A stretch of DNA of 64,000 nt. Source: an uncultured Bacteroidales bacterium (GTDB lineage: Bacteria > Bacteroidota > Bacteroidia > Bacteroidales > JBBRXJ01). The notes below the pieces were generated by a model. That model made no database searches, was not told where the DNA came from, and saw nothing but the letters and a program-made list of their open reading frames with translations. A program made the translations under genes and the position numbers. Location of the stretch: the NCBI GenBank assembly GCA_964345135.1, contig CAYFQI010000001.1:3851-67850 (forward strand). Reading direction: 5' to 3'. Positions 19,401 through 27,879 of this stretch are shown here, one piece after another. How positions within the stretch are numbered: position 1 is the first letter of the stretch; every line of letters begins with the position of its first letter.

Positions 19401-19926
19401 CTAAATAATATTTATTCAATCCTTCTAATACTTCATTTGTTAAATCCAATGGTGGTGTGCCATACACAACCGTGCCTTTGTCCATCGTGCCAAAGATCAT
19501 GTCGTAGCCCTGTTCGTCTCCGTATTGTTTCAGGTACGTATTGACCTGTTCCAATACTTCCATTGTCATTTCCACATCCAGGCCTTCTGCTTGTTTTTTT
19601 ATTTTCTGGTTTAAAACATGCATGTTTTGCCTGAGGCGTCTTATTTTTTCTTTTTTATCCCGTTTTTCTGTTTTGGAATACGCAGCAGAATCAAGAATAT
19701 AGTTATTAATTTCGAGCCTAAGTTCATTGCTCAATGTATCCATGGCAGATTTCCATTCTGCCCGTTTTTGCTCATATTCTTTGCTTGCATCCTTCATGCC
19801 TGCATAATTTTCAAGCACTACTTCGGTTTTGATGTACCCGATTTTGGGGACAGAAAGTTTGACCCATGCAGTAAAACCAATGCATCCCAAAATCAACACG
19901 ATATAAATTATTTCCCTGTATTTCAT
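19393..19926 (-). CDS. OmpH/Skp-family periplasmic chaperone (177 aa)
   Basis: It has an N-terminal membrane/signal segment. Then comes KIGYIKTEVVLENYAGMKDASKEYEQKRAEW..., followed by a long charged coiled coil, ending ...YLKQYGDEQGYDMIFGT. Size and layout are typical of OmpH/Skp. There is an ATGA overlap with the 1915-aa gene stop (19923-19926). Confidence 0.75.
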   Translation of the reverse strand: MKYREIIYIVLILGCIGFTAWVKLSVPKIGYIKTEVVLENYAGMKDASKEYEQKRAEWKSAMDTLSNELRLEINNYILDSAAYSKTEKRDKKEKIRRLRQNMHVLNQKIKKQAEGLDVEMTMEVLEQVNTYLKQYGDEQGYDMIFGTMDKGTVVYGTPPLDLTNEVLEGLNKYYLGE

Positions 19927-22900
19927 TCTTTTACAATAAATTGTCCTTTATAAATACTTGTTCCTGTTTCTGTTACAAATTGTATCTCAAATGTATAAAT
20001 ACCCGTTTCATCTATTTCAGATGTATTCCATTGCGGTATATTATTCATGATTTCACACACCTCTGTACTGTTTTTAAATACTTTAAGATAATTCACAGAA
20101 TCATCCGGGAATACTGTTTCCTGATCCGGGGTTGTTGTTTCATCGTTATCATCATAGGTTATAGAAAAACGTGGGTTACTTAGAGACAATACAAAAGGAT
20201 CGCCATTGCTAAATGAGACTTTAATATTGTTCTGGCAGGTAATCTCATTTTCAGGCTCTGCTTTGAATTTTAATATATCCCTATATACATCATATAAGTC
20301 TTTGTCAATAAGATGCTCTTCTTCTGTTCCATCCTCGCTTTCAACAATAAAATATACCTTGTAATACCCGGGTGGATCACTTAATGGAATAATATCTCCG
20401 TTTCCATCTGTGCAAAATTTGATTTTCCCGTATTTCGTGGTTGCATCTTCATACACTTCAAGGTAATGGCATGCTTCCAGCATTTCGGGGGCCATGGGTT
20501 CGCCAAGTTTTGTGGAATTGTTCCCGGAGGTGTGGTATGGTTCACCCGGAACAGCTGTAGAGCCTGTCAGTGCATAGGTTACCCCTCCGGGGCCGGTAGG
20601 GCTCACCAGGCTGAGCGTGTTGACTATAAAGGCTCCTTTAATGAATGCAAATGCCTGTTGGTTGAAATCTGCCCAGGGAGTTATGCTAATGATATCGGGA
20701 ATGGTGGAGTCGCCTTCCAAAGCATACACGGGCCTGGTTTTTTTCCATATAGGTGCGATGTCTGAGCCATAGTCAAAGACTTTGATCGAGTCTTCTGGTT
20801 CATTATCCCAATGGCCTACACTCTGCCAGGTATTGTCCTGTTGTCTGTTGAAATAAAAATCGAGTTGAACAGAATCTTTTGTTATTTCGGATGCTGTTCC
20901 GTCATCCCTCCTGATCATGTGGAAATATTCCGGATTCACTGATTTGACGGTGGGTTCCCTGACTGATCTGTTAAATCCAAAATAATTCGGGTCTTTAGAA
21001 ATCATGCTCACGTAATAGGTATGTGGATCCAATGGAGCGCTGGCAGCTTTGTTTTCAAGTTGTGTAACCGTCACCGGCCTGTAACGATACAATTCTCCTA
21101 CAGGAAATTCATAAGGTGTATCGGGAGTCAGGTTCAGGTCTCTTGCAAGGAATCCACCGGTATCGCTTGTACTGACAAATCCTTCTATTCGTTTGATGGA
21201 TGTGTTGTCATCATTCAACACATGCAGGATATTGGTATTGGTTTCTACCCTGTTGACATTGAGGTCCAATATGCCGTCTACTTTTACATTTTTAAACATT
21301 TCTTTGGTGTCGGTTCCGGCAGTGATCAACTCATGAAATGTTGTTTCTTCATCGCCCCTGAAGCGCTGATAATTTCCAATCATGATTACTTTTCCTTCTG
21401 AAAGTGCGAATGCCTCATTGTCAACATTATTTGTCCAGTCCCTGGTCAGCCTGATTTCTCCTTTATTAAAAAAGGCTCCCTTCTTCTCTGTTTCCCGCCC
21501 GTATTCATTTAAAATATTTCCCTGCACGGTTAAATAGGTGTTTTCTCCAATATTGATTTCTGTTCCAAAATTATTAAATGTTAACCCAATAGGATCGCCT
21601 GCACCCGGGCATTTTGAGGCAATAATAAATGCTTCATAATCCACGGCTTTGATTTCACTGGTAAACATGCCGCCGGTTTCCCTGCTTCCATGGTATATCT
21701 GTTGGCCAAGAGATTCCCATTTCAGTCCCTGCACATCCCAGCTGGCAACTTCCATTTCAGAAAGGTCTACCGGGATATCGCAACTATGCCTGTTCCACGA
21801 CAAGCCGATATTAACCAATATACCATCTGCCACATTTTTCCTTAATGTCCAGTATTCACATTCGCTCACATGCTCAACGGGGGCTTGTGGCGTACCATAC
21901 GATTGCTCATCGGCAATAAACTCTGCTGTATATTCAATGGATTCATTGATAGTTGATGCTTTGGAAATACTAATGGGTTTATAAAACCTGTCTTTACCTA
22001 CAGGAAATACAAAGTCGTGATTCCCGATCTTAGTGACAGGCCCGTTCACATAACTGCTGTCAGATGCCCCGGAAACCTCAGTATCCAACTTAATGGTAAG
22101 TATGCTGTTGTCATCATTATACACGATACCATTTTCAAACATGATATAGTCTTCATTATTGGTTCCGATTGAAAGCGGAACAGTCAGGTATACATTGGAA
22201 TGGCTGAATGTATGTACTTTTGATATTTCAAGTTTCCTGATAATATTGGCTCCATCTGTATTGGTTCCCCCGATATGTTGATCCGGTTCGCCAGATAACC
22301 TGACAATCCCACCATTGATTCCAAAGATGATGTCTGAATTGATTTCTATATTGCCATTGTATTCATCAGTATGATAAGCAGAGGGGTATAGGTTGCCTGA
22401 TCCTGTATTTTCAAATGATGCAAAGTCATTGTATATATCCGGCTGTCCTGTATTGGCAGCAGCAAGCGACCATTGGGCATTGCCGGTATTGATGAATGAT
22501 ACGGGGCCGTTGTAGGTATTGCCCCCGGCACACAATACATCATTATCCCCGGTTTGTTGAAGTACTGTTACACCATTGAATACAGAGCCATTTAAAACGA
22601 TTTCGGATGCATTGGATACCAACAACCCGCTGTTGAATTCTGTTCCGGCAAAAAATACAGAGCTATTTCCCGTGGCATCATCGGGCTGTATGACTTTCAT
22701 CGCGTTGGCGGTATCCCGCCCTGACGATTCAACAGTGCCACCCGTGAATGTAGCATCCTTGGTTACGATAAGTGAGTAAGTGCTGAGGTCTAATTCTCCG
22801 GAAAGCATGCAAATATTGGCAATGGTAATATCTTCCGGGAGTACGGGAACAGGTTTTGTAGTTTCATCAAAAGCAATGAGCACATTATCATCTAGGCTTG

Positions 22901-25670
22901 TCCCTGGGTATGTATCATTGGCAGGGTCTCCCGTGTTCCAGTTTTGTGGATTTTTCCATTCATTGTCCACATCGCCTTCCCATTCATAGGTAATGCCGGT
23001 TGTAAAATTGCTGCAACGGCAGGAGGGGTCAATGAATACACTCACTTTATCAGAATTTTCACAATCATATTGATTTCTCGCGGTAACAGTATATTCCATT
23101 CCGGATGAGATATTGGCAACCGGATTGGGTATGTTTGGGTCGCTGAGTCCTGTTGCAGGTTCCCAGTGATATGAACCACTTACGCCTCCTGTTGCATTTA
23201 GCTGCGCGGGTTCGCCGTAGCAGACCGGCACATCAGGCCCTGCATCAGGCCATTTTACCGGATCCACAAAGATGTCCCGTTCATAGGTGCATCCATTGTG
23301 GTCTGTTACCGTTACATAAAATGTTTTGGGGTTGGAAAGCGAAGCTATTGGAGAAGCGCTATTCGGATCATCAAGATATTCAGCGGGTTCCCAGTGATAG
23401 TCCGAGCCGCTTCCTGTTACATATAATTGAATATCATTGCCAATACATGGGGTTGGATTAATGGCAGTGGCGACATCTTGTAATGGATAAACACCTGCGC
23501 TGGCCTCAACAGTATTGGAGCATCCAAATGCATTTTCTCCTGTGATGCTGTATGTTGTTGTTTCATCCGGTGTGGCTCTTACCGTGCCGTCAGAAAGGTA
23601 TTCAAGGTCGGTATCAGGCGACCATGTATAGGATTCAGCACCTGAAGGTGTGAACAGGATGCTTTCTCCTTTGCACATATTTTCACTGCTTTGTGTAACT
23701 TCTACGTTTGGAACCGGATTCACAGTGATCTCAACGGAATCTATGGCGAAACATCCCGTGGTTGCATTTTCTGCCAACAGGTAATATTTAATGTTCTCTT
23801 CCGGGGTACTTACAGGATCACTGCTTGTCGCATCATCAAGCCAGGTATCCGGGGCCCATTTAAAATTATAATCTCCTGTTAAACCGCTTGATAGTGTAAC
23901 CGGCTCACCATAGCAGATGGCCGTGTCATTGGAAATACTGATTGGTGGTGGTGGCAAAACGTTGACTGTCATAGAGCCGGTTTTGGTGCAATTCAAATAT
24001 GAAACTGTAATTGAATAAGTAGTTGTATGATCCGGAATGGCTATTTGTTCAATACTGTTTTGTAAAGCAGGTATTTCATCATATTGATATAGGCTGTTTG
24101 TTGGTGACCATTGTATAGTAGGAGGAGGTAAAAATAAAGAAGTTAATCCATCACCATATGTAATTTTAGCTCCAATTAATGTCGCATTACCTGCACAAAT
24201 CTCAGGATCTTCATACATTTCAACTTCCAGTCCTCCACTTATATAATATTCTTCTTCCTGAATACAACCACCAATAGAAATCAAATCTTCATGTTCACCT
24301 GGTTTTAATCCCGAGAGTGTTCTAGTTCCGGATTCAACCCATACTGCTTTGTCTGTGACATCAATTACATCATAACAATCACATTGTACATTCTGATTAC
24401 ATCCATCATATATTCCATGAATCACGGAATTATCCTGCAGTATAACATTTTCTTTTGCGTTAAAGCAAAAACAATCATTGCCTCTTGCTGTAATATTACC
24501 ACTGTTCACCAAATAATTTATAAGGCATTCACTATTATTGTATATATTTATATTTCCAATATTTGTTAAAGTATCATAAGCATAAAGAAATCCTTCATTT
24601 TCAATCGTCCCATAATTTATAATACTCCTTTCTCCCATTGTATGGCAATAATTTATTAAAGAAGAATTTAAAGCATTAAAAAAAAATCCATCTATCATAA
24701 AAGAATTATAATTAATAATCGTACCACTATTAATAAGATTTACCGGAGACAGATTTTTATAATTAGTTATCAAACCGTTTGGTTCAATCAATAATGAATC
24801 AGCAGAAAAAGAATTATAGTTTGTCAAATTTGAAGAAATTGTCGCTTTTATAGTCGAAATATTATTAAAATTATTAATCATTGCTGAACCTTCAAGACTC
24901 AATTCATCTGTAACAAGGTCTCCTGTTTCGGCTATAATGACTTCCCCACCTGAAATAGAAATGCTTTTATTCATTACCCCCCCAAAAACATACAATTTAC
25001 CTCCATTCATCTGTATATTGCCATTATAAACAAACCCCGTATCAATAAATACCTCCATTCCAGCATTAATAACTGTATCATTTTCTCCTATAAGGAAAAT
25101 GGGATTGGGTTGAGTAAATTCTATCTGTGATTTAAAAACTTCATTACTACATTGAAATTGTTTCGTTAGCTCAGGGTACTTCAATACTTTTTCTATATGT
25201 GCTTGCCCATCATTAGAATTACAACCAGTTACAGGATCAGTAGATACTTTTATAACATATATAGAACTCCTGATATTAGCAATTTTTGACTTAGTGCAGG
25301 TTCTTCCAAATTTATCTAAAATTGTAATATCAAGTTGATATTCACCTTCATCCAGTCCTGTTTGATTCAACGTACCTGCTCCATTAGACCATGTATAATT
25401 TAATATTTCTACTCCATCAGGCAATATTACATTTATTTTTCCATTTGTGTTTGTTTCACAAATTAAGTGTTGAATTTCGAATGAAAAATCAAATTCTTCA
25501 CAAGACATAGATGAATAATCCGCTGCATATATATTTATATTATAATTAAATACATTAAAAAGTAAACATATATAGATAAATCTCAAAACATGCTTATATT
25601 TAACAAAAACTACCTTTATTTTCTTAATCGCTATTAAACCATTATAATACATTGATTTTTTATTTTTCAT
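19923..25670 (-). CDS. giant secreted repeat protein (1915 aa): SprB-type repeat, N/I-rich beta-helix-like repeats, five to six Ig-like Cys-bracketed modules, large uncharacterised C-terminal half
   Basis: ORF track entry. It has an SprB-type repeat (ICETNTNGKINV...YTWSNGAGT...GEYQLDITILDKFGRTC). Short NYNSF/INY repeats span ~24380-25080. Repeated modules of the form C.G....L.A.G...Y.W.P...L......P...P...T.Y.V......GC span ~23050-24230. The C-terminus ETGIYTFEIQFVTETGTSIYKGQFIVKE faintly resembles the last strands of a T9SS CTD. Confidence 0.85.
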   Translation of the reverse strand: MKNKKSMYYNGLIAIKKIKVVFVKYKHVLRFIYICLLFNVFNYNINIYAADYSSMSCEEFDFSFEIQHLICETNTNGKINVILPDGVEILNYTWSNGAGTLNQTGLDEGEYQLDITILDKFGRTCTKSKIANIRSSIYVIKVSTDPVTGCNSNDGQAHIEKVLKYPELTKQFQCSNEVFKSQIEFTQPNPIFLIGENDTVINAGMEVFIDTGFVYNGNIQMNGGKLYVFGGVMNKSISISGGEVIIAETGDLVTDELSLEGSAMINNFNNISTIKATISSNLTNYNSFSADSLLIEPNGLITNYKNLSPVNLINSGTIINYNSFMIDGFFFNALNSSLINYCHTMGERSIINYGTIENEGFLYAYDTLTNIGNINIYNNSECLINYLVNSGNITARGNDCFCFNAKENVILQDNSVIHGIYDGCNQNVQCDCYDVIDVTDKAVWVESGTRTLSGLKPGEHEDLISIGGCIQEEEYYISGGLEVEMYEDPEICAGNATLIGAKITYGDGLTSLFLPPPTIQWSPTNSLYQYDEIPALQNSIEQIAIPDHTTTYSITVSYLNCTKTGSMTVNVLPPPPISISNDTAICYGEPVTLSSGLTGDYNFKWAPDTWLDDATSSDPVSTPEENIKYYLLAENATTGCFAIDSVEITVNPVPNVEVTQSSENMCKGESILFTPSGAESYTWSPDTDLEYLSDGTVRATPDETTTYSITGENAFGCSNTVEASAGVYPLQDVATAINPTPCIGNDIQLYVTGSGSDYHWEPAEYLDDPNSASPIASLSNPKTFYVTVTDHNGCTYERDIFVDPVKWPDAGPDVPVCYGEPAQLNATGGVSGSYHWEPATGLSDPNIPNPVANISSGMEYTVTARNQYDCENSDKVSVFIDPSCRCSNFTTGITYEWEGDVDNEWKNPQNWNTGDPANDTYPGTSLDDNVLIAFDETTKPVPVLPEDITIANICMLSGELDLSTYSLIVTKDATFTGGTVESSGRDTANAMKVIQPDDATGNSSVFFAGTEFNSGLLVSNASEIVLNGSVFNGVTVLQQTGDNDVLCAGGNTYNGPVSFINTGNAQWSLAAANTGQPDIYNDFASFENTGSGNLYPSAYHTDEYNGNIEINSDIIFGINGGIVRLSGEPDQHIGGTNTDGANIIRKLEISKVHTFSHSNVYLTVPLSIGTNNEDYIMFENGIVYNDDNSILTIKLDTEVSGASDSSYVNGPVTKIGNHDFVFPVGKDRFYKPISISKASTINESIEYTAEFIADEQSYGTPQAPVEHVSECEYWTLRKNVADGILVNIGLSWNRHSCDIPVDLSEMEVASWDVQGLKWESLGQQIYHGSRETGGMFTSEIKAVDYEAFIIASKCPGAGDPIGLTFNNFGTEINIGENTYLTVQGNILNEYGRETEKKGAFFNKGEIRLTRDWTNNVDNEAFALSEGKVIMIGNYQRFRGDEETTFHELITAGTDTKEMFKNVKVDGILDLNVNRVETNTNILHVLNDDNTSIKRIEGFVSTSDTGGFLARDLNLTPDTPYEFPVGELYRYRPVTVTQLENKAASAPLDPHTYYVSMISKDPNYFGFNRSVREPTVKSVNPEYFHMIRRDDGTASEITKDSVQLDFYFNRQQDNTWQSVGHWDNEPEDSIKVFDYGSDIAPIWKKTRPVYALEGDSTIPDIISITPWADFNQQAFAFIKGAFIVNTLSLVSPTGPGGVTYALTGSTAVPGEPYHTSGNNSTKLGEPMAPEMLEACHYLEVYEDATTKYGKIKFCTDGNGDIIPLSDPPGYYKVYFIVESEDGTEEEHLIDKDLYDVYRDILKFKAEPENEITCQNNIKVSFSNGDPFVLSLSNPRFSITYDDNDETTTPDQETVFPDDSVNYLKVFKNSTEVCEIMNNIPQWNTSEIDETGIYTFEIQFVTETGTSIYKGQFIVKE

Positions 25671-25708
25671 TCTTCAAAAAAATTAACTTTTGTTTATATT
25701 TTTTAGTG

Positions 25709-26800
25709 TCATAGCTTGATTAAATATAAAACCACAGAATAAGACGGGCGGTTATCATATTCTTCATTTCTACCTTCAGGCTCAGTAGCATCCTGATCAA
25801 AATTCAGGTTATCAATTGTTTCTTCCGGTGTACTATTTAAACTTAAATTGTTAAATGATTCATCATTCACTATATAGTCTATTTTTTTAGTTGTATTGTT
25901 TAGATAAAATAAAACTTCAAATGCATTAAACCAATAAGTTCCTACTGAATTTTTCTGGTATAATTTAATTCCACTTTTTTTAGATTTCGTACATGGTCCT
26001 CTACATATCTTTATAACTGAAAAAGAATGAGCATGCTTTCTGTAAGGAATTTCATGTGTATGTTTCTCGATCTCGACTTGTTGAGTTTTAAAAGTGTGAA
26101 AATGAGGATGAAGTTGTGATATATCAATTGATATGGTGTTTTCCCCCCCGGCCTCTTCTAAATTTGAATTAAAGGTATTTTGATTTTCGAATTTAGCACC
26201 TACCATAAATCTTCCTGTCAAATCAGGTGAATCATTCTCTCCATTGCATATTTGCCATCCTTCCATTTTGTTTATTCCTTTTCCATCACCTTCAAAAAGA
26301 CCTTGTACCGGGCCAACATACATAATGATTGTTCCGGGGGGTGAGGTGATATCCTGCCTGCCCATGGTACTGTTCATGAGTTTTACCCATTTTCCTTCTC
26401 CTTCATCATCTTCTTTATAAAAATAAAAGCCTTTCTTGTCTTCATCTGTCACATACACGGTTAATCCATCGTGCTTTGGATCTATATTGAGCATGGTTTC
26501 AAACGACATATGAGGAATCAAAATCCCTTTGGTGTCGGATTCAACCTCAAGCATACTATTTTCCTGTGGTTCTTTCTTTGTTTCGGAGATGCATATAGCT
26601 CCATCTGATTCTTGTGCCATTGTAATTGTATGCATTAAGAAGAAAAGCAATAAAACAACAGCAATTTTATGTATTGCTTCATTGATCAGGATTAATTTAT
26701 TAATTACCTGCCTCGTATATTTCAATAGAGTATTATATTGTATTCCCCACGGGAATATTTTTTTTAATAAATATGCAATATTTGTTTTTTTAAATTTCAT
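25709..26800 (-). CDS. secreted phage-tail-collar (MdpB-like) domain protein, paralog 3 (363 aa)
   Basis: Motifs are SMLEVESDTKGILIPHM, KGFYFY...KWVKL, PGTIIMYVGP, MEGWQICNGENDSPDLTGRFMVGA, LHPHFHTF and a C-terminal DNRPSYSVVLYLIKL. These give the GW.C.G....PDL.GRF.VG core, the P.H.H motif and the N.RP.Y..v..ii tail that I associate with the tail-collar family. Confidence 0.75.
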   Translation of the reverse strand: MKFKKTNIAYLLKKIFPWGIQYNTLLKYTRQVINKLILINEAIHKIAVVLLLFFLMHTITMAQESDGAICISETKKEPQENSMLEVESDTKGILIPHMSFETMLNIDPKHDGLTVYVTDEDKKGFYFYKEDDEGEGKWVKLMNSTMGRQDITSPPGTIIMYVGPVQGLFEGDGKGINKMEGWQICNGENDSPDLTGRFMVGAKFENQNTFNSNLEEAGGENTISIDISQLHPHFHTFKTQQVEIEKHTHEIPYRKHAHSFSVIKICRGPCTKSKKSGIKLYQKNSVGTYWFNAFEVLFYLNNTTKKIDYIVNDESFNNLSLNSTPEETIDNLNFDQDATEPEGRNEEYDNRPSYSVVLYLIKL

Positions 26801-26806
26801 AAGACA

Positions 26807-27877
26807 TTATTCATTATAATAATCAATTTCATAAATATCATCATAATTTTCATTGGGTTTACTATCTGTTCGAATGATAAAAGCAATGACATAATATTTT
26901 GGCCTGATATCCAATTCAAGATTTACTTCCCCGCTATTCTCAATAATTTTATCTTTATTATCTTCACTTATATTAAATTCAATTTCAGGCTCTGCATAAG
27001 TACAATATGGTTCAACAACCGAAAAACTTAATGTTCTATTCATTAATTTTGATTTTCCGCCAGATGTATTTTCACTTTTTTCTGAATTTTTAAGCCCCAT
27101 TCGTGAGGGAAGCTTTCTAGCTGTGGTCCATTCTGAACTGGTTGATTTCATGTAATGAGTATGAACAGGATCCAAGCCTTCTTGTGTTGAAATTAAGTCA
27201 TGATTATGAATAATTTGAGCATTATATTGCAGATTATAAGGGTGAAAATGAGAAGGGAGATGTTCTTTGTTTAATGAAACCAAATCATTTGAATTCCCGC
27301 CCTCATTGTTTATACATGAATATTCATCTATTTTTTCTTGTACGATTTGATCCATTTTATCTTTTCTGTCAGAATCTCCTCCTCCTACAATGAATTTACC
27401 CCTTAAATCAGGACGGTTGTTCTTCCCATTACACAAAGCCCATCCTTCCATTTCAGTTCCTTTTAACCCCACACCCTTTTCATCGAACAGGCTGTCGGAT
27501 CCATGGTACATGATGATGCCTCCTTTTGGCATGATGAATCCTTTGGTACCATCGCCCTCTTCCCATATTCTGAGCCAATCACCATAATGCTCGTCATAAT
27601 ACCAAAACCCTTTTTCCCCGTCTTTTTGAAACACGAGCAGGCCGTCTGTGGTTTCAATAATGGTTTCATCTTCCCTTACCCCTTGTTCGACCCTGGGGAT
27701 TAGAACCCCTTTGTCCTCTGATTGAACTTCGAGTACTGCCGAAGGAGCCGGCATAGAATCCGGGTTATTTGAAATAATCACACCATTTGTAGATTGTGTA
27801 TACCCCATTGCTGTAAATATTGTACTTATTACAAGCAATAAAAAGAATTTCTTCATATTTATAATAAATTTAATCAT
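26807..27877 (-). CDS. secreted phage-tail-collar domain protein, paralog 2 (356 aa; likely start MKKFFLLLV at 27856)
   Basis: Motifs are SAVLEVQSEDKGVLIPRV, KGFWYY...DWLRI, GGIIMYHGS, MEGWALCNGKNNRPDLRGKFIVGG, LPSHFHPY and IRPKYYVIAFIIR. It is colinear with the two neighbours. Confidence 0.75.
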   Translation of the reverse strand: MIKFIINMKKFFLLLVISTIFTAMGYTQSTNGVIISNNPDSMPAPSAVLEVQSEDKGVLIPRVEQGVREDETIIETTDGLLVFQKDGEKGFWYYDEHYGDWLRIWEEGDGTKGFIMPKGGIIMYHGSDSLFDEKGVGLKGTEMEGWALCNGKNNRPDLRGKFIVGGGDSDRKDKMDQIVQEKIDEYSCINNEGGNSNDLVSLNKEHLPSHFHPYNLQYNAQIIHNHDLISTQEGLDPVHTHYMKSTSSEWTTARKLPSRMGLKNSEKSENTSGGKSKLMNRTLSFSVVEPYCTYAEPEIEFNISEDNKDKIIENSGEVNLELDIRPKYYVIAFIIRTDSKPNENYDDIYEIDYYNE

Positions 27878-27879
27878 AT

